Translations under genes and position numbers: made by a program | Part shown: positions 34,058 through 44,025 of the stretch, one piece after another | How the letters are laid out: the number at the start of each line of letters is the position of its first letter | Position numbering within the stretch: the first letter of the stretch is position 1 | The notes under the pieces: model-generated | What the model saw: only the letters and a program-made list of their open reading frames with translations | What the model was told of the DNA's origin: nothing | Database searches by the model: none | DNA from: Solirubrobacterales bacterium | GTDB taxonomy: Bacteria > Actinomycetota > Thermoleophilia > Solirubrobacterales > 70-9 | DNA: 64,000 bases | NCBI GenBank assembly: GCA_035760065.1 | Contig: DASTTQ010000016.1 | Coordinates: 57,071 to 121,070 of the forward strand | Direction: 5' to 3'

Positions 34058-36277
34058 CTATTCGATCGCTTCTTCTTCCGGCACTTCGGGCCGCTCTTCC
34101 GGCTTGCAGGCGGCCGGGTCGAGCCTGCCGTTCACCTTGAAGACGTAATCGGCCTCGGGGACGATCGTCGGCTCGGAGATCAGCAGCTTCATCGCCGGGT
34201 CGCTCTTCACCCAGGCGTAGATCGGGAACTGGTAGGGGTTCGGAGTGCCGGTGTTGTAGGGGCCGGTGTCCTCGGTGTACTGGCTCATGATCACGAATTC
34301 GTAGCCGCCTTCGTCGATCAGGCGGCGCAGCTGCGGGCAGCTGGTCGGCAGCCGGTTCGCCCCGTGCGGTCCCCTGACGCCGATGAATTCGACCTGGTTC
34401 GAGGCGTCGTTGCCGTAGAAGCCGTACTGGCCGAAGATGATCTCGCTGGAGCCGATGATCCCGATCTTGCGGTCGTGCTGCTTCTGGGCGAATTCGTAGG
34501 CTTTGCGCGGCCCGCCTTCGGCGAGGAACGGCAGCGGATTGACGTAGTGCTGATCGGCGTACTGGACCTCCTGCGCGCGCCCGAGCACGACCGCCAGCAA
34601 GACAACCCCCGCGCCGATACCGGCAACAAGGGCGCGGCTGATGCCGAGCCGGTTGCGCGCCAGCGACAGCCCCGCCGGGGCCCAGACAAGCGCCAGCGTG
34701 AGGAAGATCGTGCCGACGACGTAGGTGGTGAACCAGCGCGGCGTCGTCAGCACCGTGACCGCGTAGACCGCGGTGAGGAAGTAGAGCGTCAACCGAGCTC
34801 GGCGGTCCGGCGCCCGCAGCGGCCGGGCGATCGGCAGCATCGCCATCGCCAGCACCAGCCCCGGCGCCAGATAGCGGGTGTTGGTGAAGAAGCCGGTCGG
34901 CGAGCCCTCCTGCCCGGCTGCGGTCAGCGGCGTGAACACGTAGACGAGCGCGGTCAGCAGCGAGGCGACCGCGATCACCCGCAGGATCTTGTTGCGCGAG
35001 CGCCAGGCGATGTAGACGGCGGCGCAGACGGCGATGATCAGGATCAGCGGCCACAGGGGCCCGAAGGCGTTCTCGAGCTCGGGGAAGAACCAGCGCCGGT
35101 AGATGGTCGGTTCGAGGAGGTAGTGGGCGACGGCGAAGCGAGGGCGCGGGTCGAGCGGCATCTGGTTGGGCGTCGGCAGACCGAGGGGCCCGAACTTGGT
35201 GATCGGGATCGGGTTGCCGCCGCTCTCGATCGCCGCCCGCAGGTACCAGTAGCCCCCGACTATCAGGAGCGCCAGGCCCATCACCCAGGTCGTCGTCCAG
35301 CGCCTACCCCTGCCGCTGAAGACGATCACGCCGATCGTGATCGCCACCACCGGCACGAGGAAGGTCGTCTTCACCGAGGCGGCGAGCCCGGCGGCGATCC
35401 CGGCCACGACCAGCGGTCCCTTGTCGAGCAGCGCCGCGCCCCTCTCGGGGGCGTCCTGCACCGCCCCGGCCGCCGGCGCCCGCCGCTGGTGGCCGTTGAT
35501 CAGCAAGGCCGCGAAGGCGAGCAGGAAGGCGAGCCCCATGATGTCGTTGCGCCCCTCCCCCGGCTGCGTTTCGATCATCACCCCCGAGTCGAGGACGAGC
35601 GCTGCGGCTACGAGCGTCGCCGAGCCGACCTTGTAGGGACGGCCGATGCAGTAGGCCGCGAGCAGGGCGATCGCGATCCAGAAGAGGTTGATCAGCGGCG
35701 AGAGCCAGTCGCTCTTGAAGATCACGATCCCGGTCGCGTGGACGAGTTCCGAGGTCTGCGGGTAGAACCAGGCGGCCAGCCGCAGGGGATCGGTGAAGTG
35801 GAGGTGGATCGTCGAGTGGGTCTGGGCGATGCCCGCGGCGAAGGGCATGTGGTACCAGGTGGTGTCGCCGCCGAACATGCCGAAGTCGAGGCTCTGCTGG
35901 GCGGGGAAGGTCCACTCGGCGACGGTGAAGGAGGCGACGGCGAGGGCGATCAGCAGGGCGAGGTCCTCGACCGGCGGCGCCGCGATCTCCGCCCCGGCCC
36001 CGACGGCCTTCGAGCGCCCGAGCCAGGCCGCGGCGAGGCCGGCACCGATGCAGCCGAGGATCGTCCAGCCGAGGGTGAGGATCGAGAGCGTGCCGAGGAT
36101 CTCCAGGGTCACGACCAGCAGGGCGACGCCGATCGTCGCCTCCGCGAGCCGCGCCAGCGCGCCGCTGAATTCGGGCACGATCCAGCGCCGCAGCCAGTAG
36201 GCGCCGAGGCCGAGCGCCGCGACGATGCCGATCACGGCGAGGCAGCCGACTATGTAGGAGCCGAAAGACGGTGCCAC
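34058..36277 (-). CDS. Large polytopic membrane protein, possibly a GT-C-type (ArnT/PMT-like) glycosyltransferase
   Basis: 739 aa with more than 12 hydrophobic segments followed by a soluble C-terminal domain. The family call is tentative. Confidence 0.55.
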   Translation of the reverse strand: MAPSFGSYIVGCLAVIGIVAALGLGAYWLRRWIVPEFSGALARLAEATIGVALLVVTLEILGTLSILTLGWTILGCIGAGLAAAWLGRSKAVGAGAEIAAPPVEDLALLIALAVASFTVAEWTFPAQQSLDFGMFGGDTTWYHMPFAAGIAQTHSTIHLHFTDPLRLAAWFYPQTSELVHATGIVIFKSDWLSPLINLFWIAIALLAAYCIGRPYKVGSATLVAAALVLDSGVMIETQPGEGRNDIMGLAFLLAFAALLINGHQRRAPAAGAVQDAPERGAALLDKGPLVVAGIAAGLAASVKTTFLVPVVAITIGVIVFSGRGRRWTTTWVMGLALLIVGGYWYLRAAIESGGNPIPITKFGPLGLPTPNQMPLDPRPRFAVAHYLLEPTIYRRWFFPELENAFGPLWPLILIIAVCAAVYIAWRSRNKILRVIAVASLLTALVYVFTPLTAAGQEGSPTGFFTNTRYLAPGLVLAMAMLPIARPLRAPDRRARLTLYFLTAVYAVTVLTTPRWFTTYVVGTIFLTLALVWAPAGLSLARNRLGISRALVAGIGAGVVLLAVVLGRAQEVQYADQHYVNPLPFLAEGGPRKAYEFAQKQHDRKIGIIGSSEIIFGQYGFYGNDASNQVEFIGVRGPHGANRLPTSCPQLRRLIDEGGYEFVIMSQYTEDTGPYNTGTPNPYQFPIYAWVKSDPAMKLLISEPTIVPEADYVFKVNGRLDPAACKPEERPEVPEEEAIE

Positions 36278-36322
36278 GAAGGCCGAGATGCTATTCGGCG
36301 CGCCCGGCGGGCACCGCCGCGG

Positions 36323-37000
36323 TCAGGCCACGGCAGCCGGGATGGTGCAGGCGACGCCGGTCCCCTTGAGGCCGCAGTAGCCGTTCGGCACCTTGTGCAG
36401 GTACTGCTGGTGGTAGTCCTCGGCGTAGTAGAACGGTCCGGCCGGCTCGATCTCCGTCGTCACGGGGTCCTTGCCGGCGGCGCGCAGCGCCCGGTCGTAG
36501 GCCTCCAGTGCCATTTCCGCGGTGACCTTCTGGGCATCGTTCGTGAAGTAGATGCCGGAGCGGTATTGCGTGCCGACGTCGTTGCCCTGGCGCATGCCCT
36601 GGGTCGGGTCGTGCTCCTCGAAGAAGACCTTCAGCAGATCCGCGTAGGAGACCTTCTGCGGATCGAAGGCGACCAGCACCGCCTCGGCGTGGCCGGTCCT
36701 CGCCGTGCAGACCTCCTCGTAGGTCGGGTTCGGCGTGGTCCCATTCTGGTAGCCGACCGCCGTCGTGTAGACGCCGTCGAGCTCCCAGAACAGCCGCTCC
36801 GCCCCCCAGAAGCAGCCGAGCGCGAAGTAGGCGACCTCGATCCCCTCCGGGAACGGCGGCTCCAGCGGCGTCCCGAGCGCGGCGTGCGTCTTCGGCACCT
36901 CGAAGCCGCGCTCGCTGCGGCCCGGCAGCGCCGCCTCCGGCGCGACCATCGTCGTCTTCTGCGGATGCATCATCGTCATCAGCCTTCCGAGTCTGCTCAT
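36323..37000 (-). CDS. msrA: Peptide-methionine (S)-S-oxide reductase
   Basis: The active-site GCFWGAE is present. There is an extended match to E. coli MsrA as I recall it (ALPGR...[13 protein letters not shown]...[10 protein letters not shown]...TGHAEAV...[21 protein letters not shown]...[18 protein letters not shown]). The start is taken at ATG 37000. Confidence 0.9.
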   Translation of the reverse strand: MSRLGRLMTMMHPQKTTMVAPEAALPGRSERGFEVPKTHAALGTPLEPPFPEGIEVAYFALGCFWGAERLFWELDGVYTTAVGYQNGTTPNPTYEEVCTARTGHAEAVLVAFDPQKVSYADLLKVFFEEHDPTQGMRQGNDVGTQYRSGIYFTNDAQKVTAEMALEAYDRALRAAGKDPVTTEIEPAGPFYYAEDYHQQYLHKVPNGYCGLKGTGVACTIPAAVA

Positions 37001-37084
37001 TGAATCTGTTCCTTTGTTCTGGCCGCCTACAAGAACGTTACGGAAGAGAGACAACCAGCCGATCAACCGGGTAGCGTCAGCGCG

Positions 37085-37354
37085 ATGGGCTGCCTCGTCG
37101 TCCTCCTCGCCTTTCTCTCCCCCCGCCTGGCGCTGTTCGTCATCTTCCTCTTCTCGGACCTGCTGAGCCGGGCCTTCGACAGCTGGTTCGTTCCCCTCCT
37201 CGGGTTCTTCCTGCTGCCGTGGACGACGCTCGCCTACGCACTGATGTGGTCGAGCTCGAACCGCGTCTACGGCTTCGAGTGGTTCATCGTCATCCTCGCC
37301 TTCTTCATCGACCTCAGCGCCTACGCGAGCCGCAACCGCGCCCGCCGCACCTGA
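37085..37354 (+). CDS. Small membrane protein
   Basis: 89 aa with three hydrophobic segments ([23 protein letters not shown]...). Confidence 0.5.
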   Translation: MGCLVVLLAFLSPRLALFVIFLFSDLLSRAFDSWFVPLLGFFLLPWTTLAYALMWSSSNRVYGFEWFIVILAFFIDLSAYASRNRARRT

Positions 37355-37360
37355 CGCCGG

Positions 37361-37651
37361 TCAGTGCCCGGTCGGGTAGGCGACCCGGATGTGGCGCTTG
37401 GAGAGGACGAGGAAGGGCAGCTCGGCGACCGTGCCGTCCTCGAGGGAGGTGACCCTGGCGTTGGTCAGCGGCACGAACTCGAACTCGCCGCGGTTGAGGG
37501 AGTCGGAGAAGCGGCTCTGGTAGCCCGCCGGCGGCAGCGTCAGATCCCCTTCGACGACCTGCCGGTCGGTTTCGAACGCGGCCCGTTCCACGCGCCGGCG
37601 CGCCGGGTCCTCGGCCGGCTCCTGGGTCTGGCTTTGCAGCACGTGGTCCAT
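37361..37651 (-). CDS. Small conserved hypothetical protein, paralog A of a tandem pair
   Basis: ATG 37651 follows AGGTAGGG. The sequence ...FETDRQVVEGDLTLPPAGYQSRFSDSLNRGEFEFVPLTNARVTSLEDGTVAELPFLVLSKRHIRVAYP matches the neighbouring gene at 52 of 73 positions by my hand count. Confidence 0.6.
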   Translation of the reverse strand: MDHVLQSQTQEPAEDPARRRVERAAFETDRQVVEGDLTLPPAGYQSRFSDSLNRGEFEFVPLTNARVTSLEDGTVAELPFLVLSKRHIRVAYPTGH

Positions 37652-37772
37652 AGCCCTACCTGAGCGTTTTCGGCTCCGAGGCGGGAGAGCTTGAACGTCC
37701 TCAACGTCCCGATCCGCTCTTGGCCCCACGCCAGCACCGCCGACACCGCAGTCGGGTGACCACCCTGCGACG

Positions 37773-38060
37773 CTAGGCGTCGCAGGGATAGGCGACCCGG
37801 ATGTGCCGCTTCGAGAGGACGAGAAAGGGCCGAAGGATGGCTTCCCCGTCCTCCAGTGTGGTGACTTTTGCGTCCGTCAGAGAAAGGAACTCGGCCTTGT
37901 CCCGGTTGAGCCAATCCGAGAAGCGGCTCTGGTAGCCGGCCGGCGGCAGAGTCATGTCCCCCTCGATCAATTGCCGGTCGGTTTCGAACACGGCGCGCTC
38001 CAGGCGCCCGTGCGTCCTGCCCACGGCTTCCCCTTGCGGGAGTCCCGACACCTCGTCCAT
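37773..38060 (-). CDS. Small conserved hypothetical protein, paralog B of a tandem pair
   Basis: ATG 38060 follows GAAAGGGGTAGGG. Sequence: ...FETDRQLIEGDMTLPPAGYQSRFSDWLNRDKAEFLSLTDAKVTTLEDGEAILRPFLVLSKRHIRVAYP. Confidence 0.6.
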   Translation of the reverse strand: MDEVSGLPQGEAVGRTHGRLERAVFETDRQLIEGDMTLPPAGYQSRFSDWLNRDKAEFLSLTDAKVTTLEDGEAILRPFLVLSKRHIRVAYPCDA

Positions 38061-38179
38061 CCCTACCCCTTTCTCCGCCCGGCTTTCGGCTTTCCCATCC
38101 GAAAGTCCAGGCGCAGCCTAGCTCGACAGTCTGTCCACTATCTCCTGCCGGGACAGACCGGGTCAAGGGGCGACATATG

Positions 38180-38560
38180 TCACTCGGTGTTGTGCTGAGC
38201 TGCTTTCTCCCGAGCTTGCGCCTTCTCCTCCAGCGTCATCGCGCCTGGATGGCCGTCGCCGGGCCAGGGGGTGAGGACCAGAAGGAGGCGCGCGTCGGAG
38301 CGGGCGACGATCGTCCGCCGCTCGCCGGGGGCGAATTCGAAGAGGTGGCCGGCGCTTGCGTTGGCGAAGTCGCCGTCGGCCTCCGCCACGTCGACGTCGC
38401 CGTCCACGACCAGCACCCGCGCGCGCTCGTGCACCTCGTGCTCCTGCAGTTCCTCGCCGTCGGGCAGCTGCAGGAGGATCGTCCGCGCGTCGTCGGCCGA
38501 GGCGAGGATCCGCGGCTGGTGCGGTTCCGCTTCCACGGTCTTCAGGTCCCAACTCTCCAT
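38180..38560 (-). CDS. Cupin-domain protein
   Basis: 126 aa. HEVHERARVLVVDGDVDV...GHLFEFAPGERRTIVA fits a small single-cupin fold. Confidence 0.6.
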   Translation of the reverse strand: MESWDLKTVEAEPHQPRILASADDARTILLQLPDGEELQEHEVHERARVLVVDGDVDVAEADGDFANASAGHLFEFAPGERRTIVARSDARLLLVLTPWPGDGHPGAMTLEEKAQAREKAAQHNTE

Positions 38561-38678
38561 CTGCTGCCTCCTCGATTCAGGTTACCCGGTTGATGAAGTC
38601 GCTCTTGCCCTCGGTATAGCCCTCTCGGTCATTCCGAAAACGGCCGCCGACGACGGTGATCGGTTCGTCGTGCAGACA

Positions 38679-38752
38679 TCGGGGTGCCCGGATTCGAACC
38701 GGGGACCTCCGCCACCCAAAGGCGGCGCGCTACCAGGCTGCGCCACACCCCG
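38679..38752 (-). tRNA. tRNA-Pro (anticodon TGG)
   Basis: The minus-strand read CGGGGTGTGGCGCAGCCTGGTAGCGCGCCGCCTTTGGGTGGCGGAGGTCCCCGGTTCGAATCCGGGCACCCCGA folds as a cloverleaf with anticodon loop TTTGGGT. Confidence 0.9.
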
Positions 38753-38775
38753 ACTAAGGGCAAGTGTAGGTTCTG

Positions 38776-40062
38776 GTGGCGATGGCGGAGGTGCTCCCTT
38801 TCAAGGCGCTGCATTACGACCTCGGGAAGGTTGGGACGCTCGATGCCGTGGCCGCCCCGCCTTACGACGTGATCGACGCAGCGCAGCGGGCGGCGCTGCT
38901 CGAGCGCTCGCCCTACAACGCGGTCGCGATCGACCTGCCGAGACCTTTCGACACCGCCGGCCCGGACAGCGACCCGAGCGGCGACCCCTACGCCGGGGCG
39001 GCGGCGACGATCGGGCGCTGGCTCGGCGAGGGGGCGCTGGTCCAGGACGCCGAGCCCTCGATCTGGGCGCTGACCCAGGACTACACTGCGCCTGACGGGC
39101 ACACCTACAGCCGCAACGGGATACTCGCCAGGGTCAGAGTCGAGGACTACGAGACCGGCACCGTGCGCCCGCACGAGCGCACCCACCCCGGACCGCTGCT
39201 CGACCGCCTCGAGCTGACCCGTGCCACCGGCTACAACCTCTCGCCGATCTTCTCGCTCAGCACCGAGGACGCCTGGCCGCTGGTCGCCCCGGCGCTCCCG
39301 GACCAGCCCTGGGGCGAGACCCGCGACGAAGACGGCACCGTCAACCGGCTCTGGAAGGTCGACGACCCGGCGATCCACGAGGCAGTCACCGAGTGCCTCG
39401 CAAACGCCCAGCTGCTGATCGCCGACGGCCATCACCGCTACGAGACCGCCCGCGCCTTCCGCGACGAGGTCGGCGGCGAGGGCCCGCACGACTACACGCT
39501 GATGTCGCTGACCGGGCTCGGCGACCCCGGCCTCACCGTCTTCCCTACCCACCGCCTTCTCTCACGCTTCGCCGACCCGGACAAACAGGCGCGGCTCGGT
39601 ACCGGCCTGCGCGAGCTGTTCGACGTCGAGGAGATCCCGCGCGAGGAGATCGACCCGAACGGCGAGGACGGCGTCGGCGTCTTCGGCCTCTACGACTCCT
39701 TCCACAAGCGCGCCTTCCGCCTCCGGCTGAAAGATGTCGGCGAGCTCGACCGCCGGCTAGAGGGCAAACCCGAGGCCTACCGCCGCCTCGACTCGGCGAT
39801 CCTCGAGACCTTGGTCCTCAAGGGCCTGGTCGGGATGAGCGACCACGACATCGACGAGCGCAACGGCCTCGAATACGCCAAGACCGTCCCCGCTGCGCTG
39901 GAGATGGTCGACGGGGGCGGATACGACGTCGCCTTCATCCAGCGCCCCGTCCCCGTCGAGCAGGTGAAGGCGGTGGCGGAAACCGAGGAGAACATGCCGC
40001 CGAAGAGCACCTACTTCTTCCCCAAGGTGATGACCGGCTTCGCCTTCAACCCGGTGCGCTGA
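38776..40062 (+). CDS. DUF1015-family protein
   Basis: The N-terminus VLPFKALHYD...VAAPPYDVI and the later ADGHHRYETA are hallmarks of DUF1015. Confidence 0.8.
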   Translation: MAMAEVLPFKALHYDLGKVGTLDAVAAPPYDVIDAAQRAALLERSPYNAVAIDLPRPFDTAGPDSDPSGDPYAGAAATIGRWLGEGALVQDAEPSIWALTQDYTAPDGHTYSRNGILARVRVEDYETGTVRPHERTHPGPLLDRLELTRATGYNLSPIFSLSTEDAWPLVAPALPDQPWGETRDEDGTVNRLWKVDDPAIHEAVTECLANAQLLIADGHHRYETARAFRDEVGGEGPHDYTLMSLTGLGDPGLTVFPTHRLLSRFADPDKQARLGTGLRELFDVEEIPREEIDPNGEDGVGVFGLYDSFHKRAFRLRLKDVGELDRRLEGKPEAYRRLDSAILETLVLKGLVGMSDHDIDERNGLEYAKTVPAALEMVDGGGYDVAFIQRPVPVEQVKAVAETEENMPPKSTYFFPKVMTGFAFNPVR

Positions 40063-40063
40063 C

Positions 40064-40630
40064 GTGGTCAAGATCTACACCAAGAAGGGCGACGACGGGA
40101 CCACCTCGCTCTGGTACGGCGGCCGCGTCCCCAAGCACCACGGCCGCACCGACGCCTACGGCACCCTCGACGAGGCCTGCTCGCAGCTGGGAGTCGCCCG
40201 CGCCCTCTGCGGGTCCGAGCAGGAGGAGCTTGCCCGCGACATCCTCCGCCTCCAGGACGACATCTTCATCGCCGGCGCCGAGCTGGCGACGGCGCCGGAG
40301 GCTTCCGAGCGGCTGGAAGACGGCGTCAGCCGGACCACCGAGGAGATGGTCGCCGAGCTCGAGCGGCTGATCGACCGCTACATGGCCGAGGTCGACCTGC
40401 CGCCGCAGTTCGTCATCCCCGGCGGCAACCAGCTCTCCGCCCAGCTCGACGTCGCCCGGACGGTGGTCCGCCGCGCCGAGCGCCGGATCTCGGAGCTGAA
40501 CGAGGCGGGCGAGCTCGCCTCGGAGACCGTGATCCACTTCGTCAACCGGGCCTCCGACCTCGCCTACGCGATGGCGCGCTGGGCCGACGTCGACGATCCC
40601 GCCCTGTTCGAGGGCCGCCGCCGGAGCTGA
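40064..40630 (+). CDS. ATP:cob(I)alamin adenosyltransferase, PduO type
   Basis: (M)VKIYTKKGDDGTTSL...GRTDAYGTLDEACSQLG...FVIPGG is the classic PduO/MMAB N-terminal pattern. GTG start. Confidence 0.85.
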   Translation: MVKIYTKKGDDGTTSLWYGGRVPKHHGRTDAYGTLDEACSQLGVARALCGSEQEELARDILRLQDDIFIAGAELATAPEASERLEDGVSRTTEEMVAELERLIDRYMAEVDLPPQFVIPGGNQLSAQLDVARTVVRRAERRISELNEAGELASETVIHFVNRASDLAYAMARWADVDDPALFEGRRRS

Positions 40631-40632
40631 GC

Positions 40633-41028
40633 GTGCGGATCGTCGCCCGCCGGGCCGAGGGCTATGCCCACGACGTCGAAGTCGACGGGCACACGCTGCG
40701 CGCCGACGAGCCGCCGGAGGCGGGCGGGTCCGGCACCGGCCCGCGGCCGACCCCGCTGCTCGGTGCCAGCCTCGCGAGTTGCGTCGCGATCACGGTCGAG
40801 ATGTACGCGGAGCGCAAAGGCTGGGACGTCGGCGCGCTCGAGGTCGACGTCGAGATGTCCTACGACGGCCCGCTGCCGAGAGGCTTCGAAGTCGGACTGA
40901 AGTTGCCGGGCCACCTCGACGAGGAGCAGCGGCGGCGGCTCTTGGTGATCGCGACCAAATGCCCCGTTCACAAGATCCTTGCCGACGAGGCGCACGTCAC
41001 CGTCACCGAGCGCCTGGAGAGCGGCTGA
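40633..41028 (+). CDS. OsmC/Ohr-family protein
   Basis: Contains GGSGTGPRPTPLLGASLASCVAIT and the C-terminal KCPVHKIL (the two conserved Cys). Confidence 0.8.
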   Translation: MRIVARRAEGYAHDVEVDGHTLRADEPPEAGGSGTGPRPTPLLGASLASCVAITVEMYAERKGWDVGALEVDVEMSYDGPLPRGFEVGLKLPGHLDEEQRRRLLVIATKCPVHKILADEAHVTVTERLESG

Positions 41029-41840
41029 TGGACCTCGGCCTGGCCGGGCGCGCCTGCGTCGTCACCGGCGCCAGCAGCGGCATCGGCCGCGAGACCGCGC
41101 TGCAGCTCTGCGCCGAGGGGGCAAAGGTCTTGCTGGTCGCGCGGGGCGAGGAGCGGCTGGCGGCGGTTACCGAGGAGGCGGCGCGGGCTGGGGAGTCAGC
41201 CGGCGGGACGGCGGCCGCGATCTCGCTCGACGTCACCGACGAGGACGCGGGCGAACGGATGCTGGCAACGGCCGAAGACCTCTTCGGATCGCTCGACGTC
41301 CTGGTCAACAACGCCGGCGCGGCGAAATGGCGCGACCTCGACGACGTCCCCGACGAGGACTGGCGCGCCCAGTACGAGCTCAACGTGATGGCGCCGCTGC
41401 GGGCGATGCGGGCGGCGATCCCGCCGATGGCGCAGCGCGGCTGGGGCCGCGTCGTCAACGTCTGCTCGACCGCCGGCAAGCGCCCCTCGGCGGCGATGGC
41501 CGAGTACTCGGTCGCCAAGGCCGCCGAGCTCTCGCTCTCGCGCCTCTTCGCCGACCGCTACGCGAAGAGCGGGGTCCTCGTCAACGCCGTCGCCCCCGGG
41601 CCGGTCGAAGCCGAGATGTGGATGGAGGGGGGCGGCCTCCTCGACCAGTCGATGCAGCTCTCCGGCGCTGAGAGCCGTGAGGAGGCGCTGGCAGAGGCGG
41701 GGTCCAAGCGCCCGATCGGCCGCCTAGCCCGGCCCGAAGAGATCGCCACGGCGATCGTCTTCCTCTGCTCCGAGCGCGCCTCCTACGTAGCCGGCGCCGC
41801 CTGGAGCGTGGACGGCGGCACTGTCCAAGTAATCATCTGA
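41028..41840 (+). CDS. Short-chain dehydrogenase/reductase
   Basis: TGASSGIGRE cofactor motif, NNAG, and catalytic S...YSVAKAA. The ATG overlaps the preceding TGA (TGATG). Confidence 0.85.
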   Translation: MDLGLAGRACVVTGASSGIGRETALQLCAEGAKVLLVARGEERLAAVTEEAARAGESAGGTAAAISLDVTDEDAGERMLATAEDLFGSLDVLVNNAGAAKWRDLDDVPDEDWRAQYELNVMAPLRAMRAAIPPMAQRGWGRVVNVCSTAGKRPSAAMAEYSVAKAAELSLSRLFADRYAKSGVLVNAVAPGPVEAEMWMEGGGLLDQSMQLSGAESREEALAEAGSKRPIGRLARPEEIATAIVFLCSERASYVAGAAWSVDGGTVQVII

Positions 41841-41984
41841 CGGGCCGAAAAGACGCACTTGATCCGCCGACGGGACGAAAAGACTCCTATAGAGAGACAG
41901 ATCGGCCCGTCGGCATCTGCGGGTGGACATTTCGGCCCGTCGGCGTTGGGGGAGCTGCTGCTATCGCCGGAGGAGGCGGCTCGT

Positions 41985-42491
41985 ATGGCGGGACGGCGGG
42001 GGACGCGGGCGGCGGTGCTGCTGGCGCTCTACGGGTGGCCGGATGAGCCGGGGCTGATCTTCACCGAGCGCCGCGCCGACCTGCGCCGCCACGCGGGCGA
42101 GATCTCGTTCCCCGGCGGCCGCCAGGACCCGGGCGATCCCGACCTGCCGGCGACGGCGCTGCGCGAGGCGCAGGAGGAGATCGCCCTCGACCCGGGCGCG
42201 GTCGAGCTGGCCGGGGCGCTGCCGCCGGTCTCGACCTTCGTCACCGGCTACCGGGTCCACCCCTTCGTCGGCACCGTCCCCCACCCCGGCGAGCTCGGCC
42301 TCGAGCCGAACCCGGGCGAGGTCGAGACCGTCCTCACCTTCACCCTCGAGAAGCTGCGCGAGGGCTACGCGATGCGACGCCTGATCCGCCGCGGCGTCCC
42401 CGTCCACACCCCGACCTACGAGGTCGAAGGGCAGCTGATCTGGGGAGCGACCGCCCGCATACTCGGCGATCTCCTGCAGCGTCTCGGCTAG
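41985..42491 (+). CDS. NUDIX hydrolase, CoA-pyrophosphatase-like
   Basis: Nudix box GGRQDPGDPDLPATALREAQEEIAL, preceded by ISFPGG. ATG 41985 has GGAGGAGG 8 nt upstream and is preferred over the track start. Confidence 0.75.
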   Translation: MAGRRGTRAAVLLALYGWPDEPGLIFTERRADLRRHAGEISFPGGRQDPGDPDLPATALREAQEEIALDPGAVELAGALPPVSTFVTGYRVHPFVGTVPHPGELGLEPNPGEVETVLTFTLEKLREGYAMRRLIRRGVPVHTPTYEVEGQLIWGATARILGDLLQRLG

Positions 42492-43160
42492 CTAGGCCGC
42501 TTTATCCGGCTGGGGGACGATCCGGATGTAGGGCTTCGGTTGCTCCCAGCCCTCCGGCCACAGTTCTCTCGCCTCGTCCTCTTTGACCGAGCCGGAGATG
42601 ATCACGTCGTCGCCCTGCTGCCACTGGGCCGGCGTCGCCACTTTGTGGTTGGCGGTCAGCTGCAGCGAGTCGATCACCCGCAGCACCTCGTCGAAGTTGC
42701 GGCCGGTCGTCATCGGATAGACGAGGATGAGTTTGATCCTCTTGTCGGGGCCGATGACGAAGACGTTGCGGACGGTCTGGTTGTCGGCCGGCGTGCGGTC
42801 CGCCGGATCGCCGGAAACGTCGGCCGAGAGCATCCCGTAGGCCTTCGAGACCTCGAAGCTGGGATCGCCGATCAGCGGGTATTCGGGCCGCGCGCCCTGC
42901 GTTTCCTCGATGTCGTCGGCCCACTCCTCGTGCTTGTCGATCGGGTCGACCGAGAGGCCGATGATCTTGACGCCGCGCTTCTCGAACTCGGGCTGGATCC
43001 GCGCCATGTAGCCGAGCTCCGTCGTGCAAACGGGGGTGAAGTCCTTCGGGTGGGAGAACAGCACCGCCCACGACCCCTCGATCCAGTCGTGGAATCTGAT
43101 CCGTCCCTGGGTGGTATCGGCCTCGAAATCGGGTGCTACGTCACCGAGCTGCAGAGCCAT
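42492..43160 (-). CDS. 1-Cys peroxiredoxin (Prx6-like)
   Basis: MALQLGDVAPDFEADTTQGRIRFHDWIEGSWAVLFSHPKDFTPVCTTE contains the PVCTTE peroxidatic-Cys motif. The start is taken at ATG 43160. Confidence 0.9.
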   Translation of the reverse strand: MALQLGDVAPDFEADTTQGRIRFHDWIEGSWAVLFSHPKDFTPVCTTELGYMARIQPEFEKRGVKIIGLSVDPIDKHEEWADDIEETQGARPEYPLIGDPSFEVSKAYGMLSADVSGDPADRTPADNQTVRNVFVIGPDKRIKLILVYPMTTGRNFDEVLRVIDSLQLTANHKVATPAQWQQGDDVIISGSVKEDEARELWPEGWEQPKPYIRIVPQPDKAA

Positions 43161-43211
43161 CTTTCCTGCTCCTCTCGCGCTTCTCTCAATTACCTGAATT
43201 CCCATCGGAGT

Positions 43212-43697
43212 TTAGCTCTTTGGCTTCGCCGGCCAGAACGCCCGCACCTCCTCCGCGAGTCTGTCTGAGTGTCCGCTATGCGGATACTGAGACAGACTCG
43301 GCGAGAGGCTCCGCACGGGGATCCGCCAGGTGCGGCCGGCAGCGCGCACGACCTCCTCGCCCGCCTCGGTTCCCTCGTAGACGACGCCCCGCACAGGCGT
43401 TTCCACCAGGTGTTCCATCAGCCGCTCCAGGCGCGGCCCGTGGATCGCCTCCAGCTCCTCGTCGCTGCCGCGGACGCTGCCTAACAGCAGCACCAGCACC
43501 GCCACGTCGTTGACCAGCTCGAGGATCGTCGGCGGCCGCTCCGGGTCGGCGAGCGCCGGCTCGATCCCGGCCGCCTCGATCGCCGCCAGGCCCTCCTCGC
43601 GACGGCTGGTCCCGCGCACCTCCCAGCCTTCGGCCAGCAACCTCCTCCCCAGCTCGCGGCCGCGGCAGCCGCAGCCGACGATCAGCGCTCGAGCCAT
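43212..43697 (-). CDS. NAD(P)-binding Rossmann-fold protein
   Basis: [32 protein letters not shown] is a dinucleotide-binding N-terminus. Function is unknown. Confidence 0.55.
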   Translation of the reverse strand: MARALIVGCGCRGRELGRRLLAEGWEVRGTSRREEGLAAIEAAGIEPALADPERPPTILELVNDVAVLVLLLGSVRGSDEELEAIHGPRLERLMEHLVETPVRGVVYEGTEAGEEVVRAAGRTWRIPVRSLSPSLSQYPHSGHSDRLAEEVRAFWPAKPKS

Positions 43698-43707
43698 GCC
43701 GACCGGC

Positions 43708-44001
43708 CTACGAGGGTTCGAACGGCCCGCGGCCGCGCAGCCGCACCCGCTCGTCTTCGGCGACTCCGCGGTGGAGATCCTCCTCGGTCATCTCCGGGAC
43801 CCCGCGCCGCCGCCGCATCTCGTTCTGGGCCTCCAGCATCTGGCGCACGTCGTCGATCTCGTTCTGCGCCTCGACCTCGGGGGAGCGAGTCGGGTACCAG
43901 TCGACGAGACTCGCCGAGCTGCCGGGGTAGTAGTGGCCGACGAGCAGCAGGATGCCGACCATGAAGGCGACGATTCCGAGAGTCCCCAGAACGAAAAGCA
44001 C
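43708..44001 (-). CDS. Small membrane-anchored hypothetical protein
   Basis: The C-terminal 97 codons of track ORF 43708..44595 (from GTG 44001) read [27 protein letters not shown]...[26 protein letters not shown]. The upstream part is antisense to the thiolase gene. ATG 43962 is an alternative start. Confidence 0.45.
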   Translation of the reverse strand: MLFVLGTLGIVAFMVGILLLVGHYYPGSSASLVDWYPTRSPEVEAQNEIDDVRQMLEAQNEMRRRRGVPEMTEEDLHRGVAEDERVRLRGRGPFEPS

Positions 44002-44025
44002 CCGCCAAGGATACGGTTCATTCCC

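Noticed and set aside
34364-37003. 879-aa plus-strand ORF
   Set aside because: It is antisense to the 739-aa membrane protein and msrA, with an R/G/D/E-rich shadow composition. Both minus-strand genes have clear protein character.
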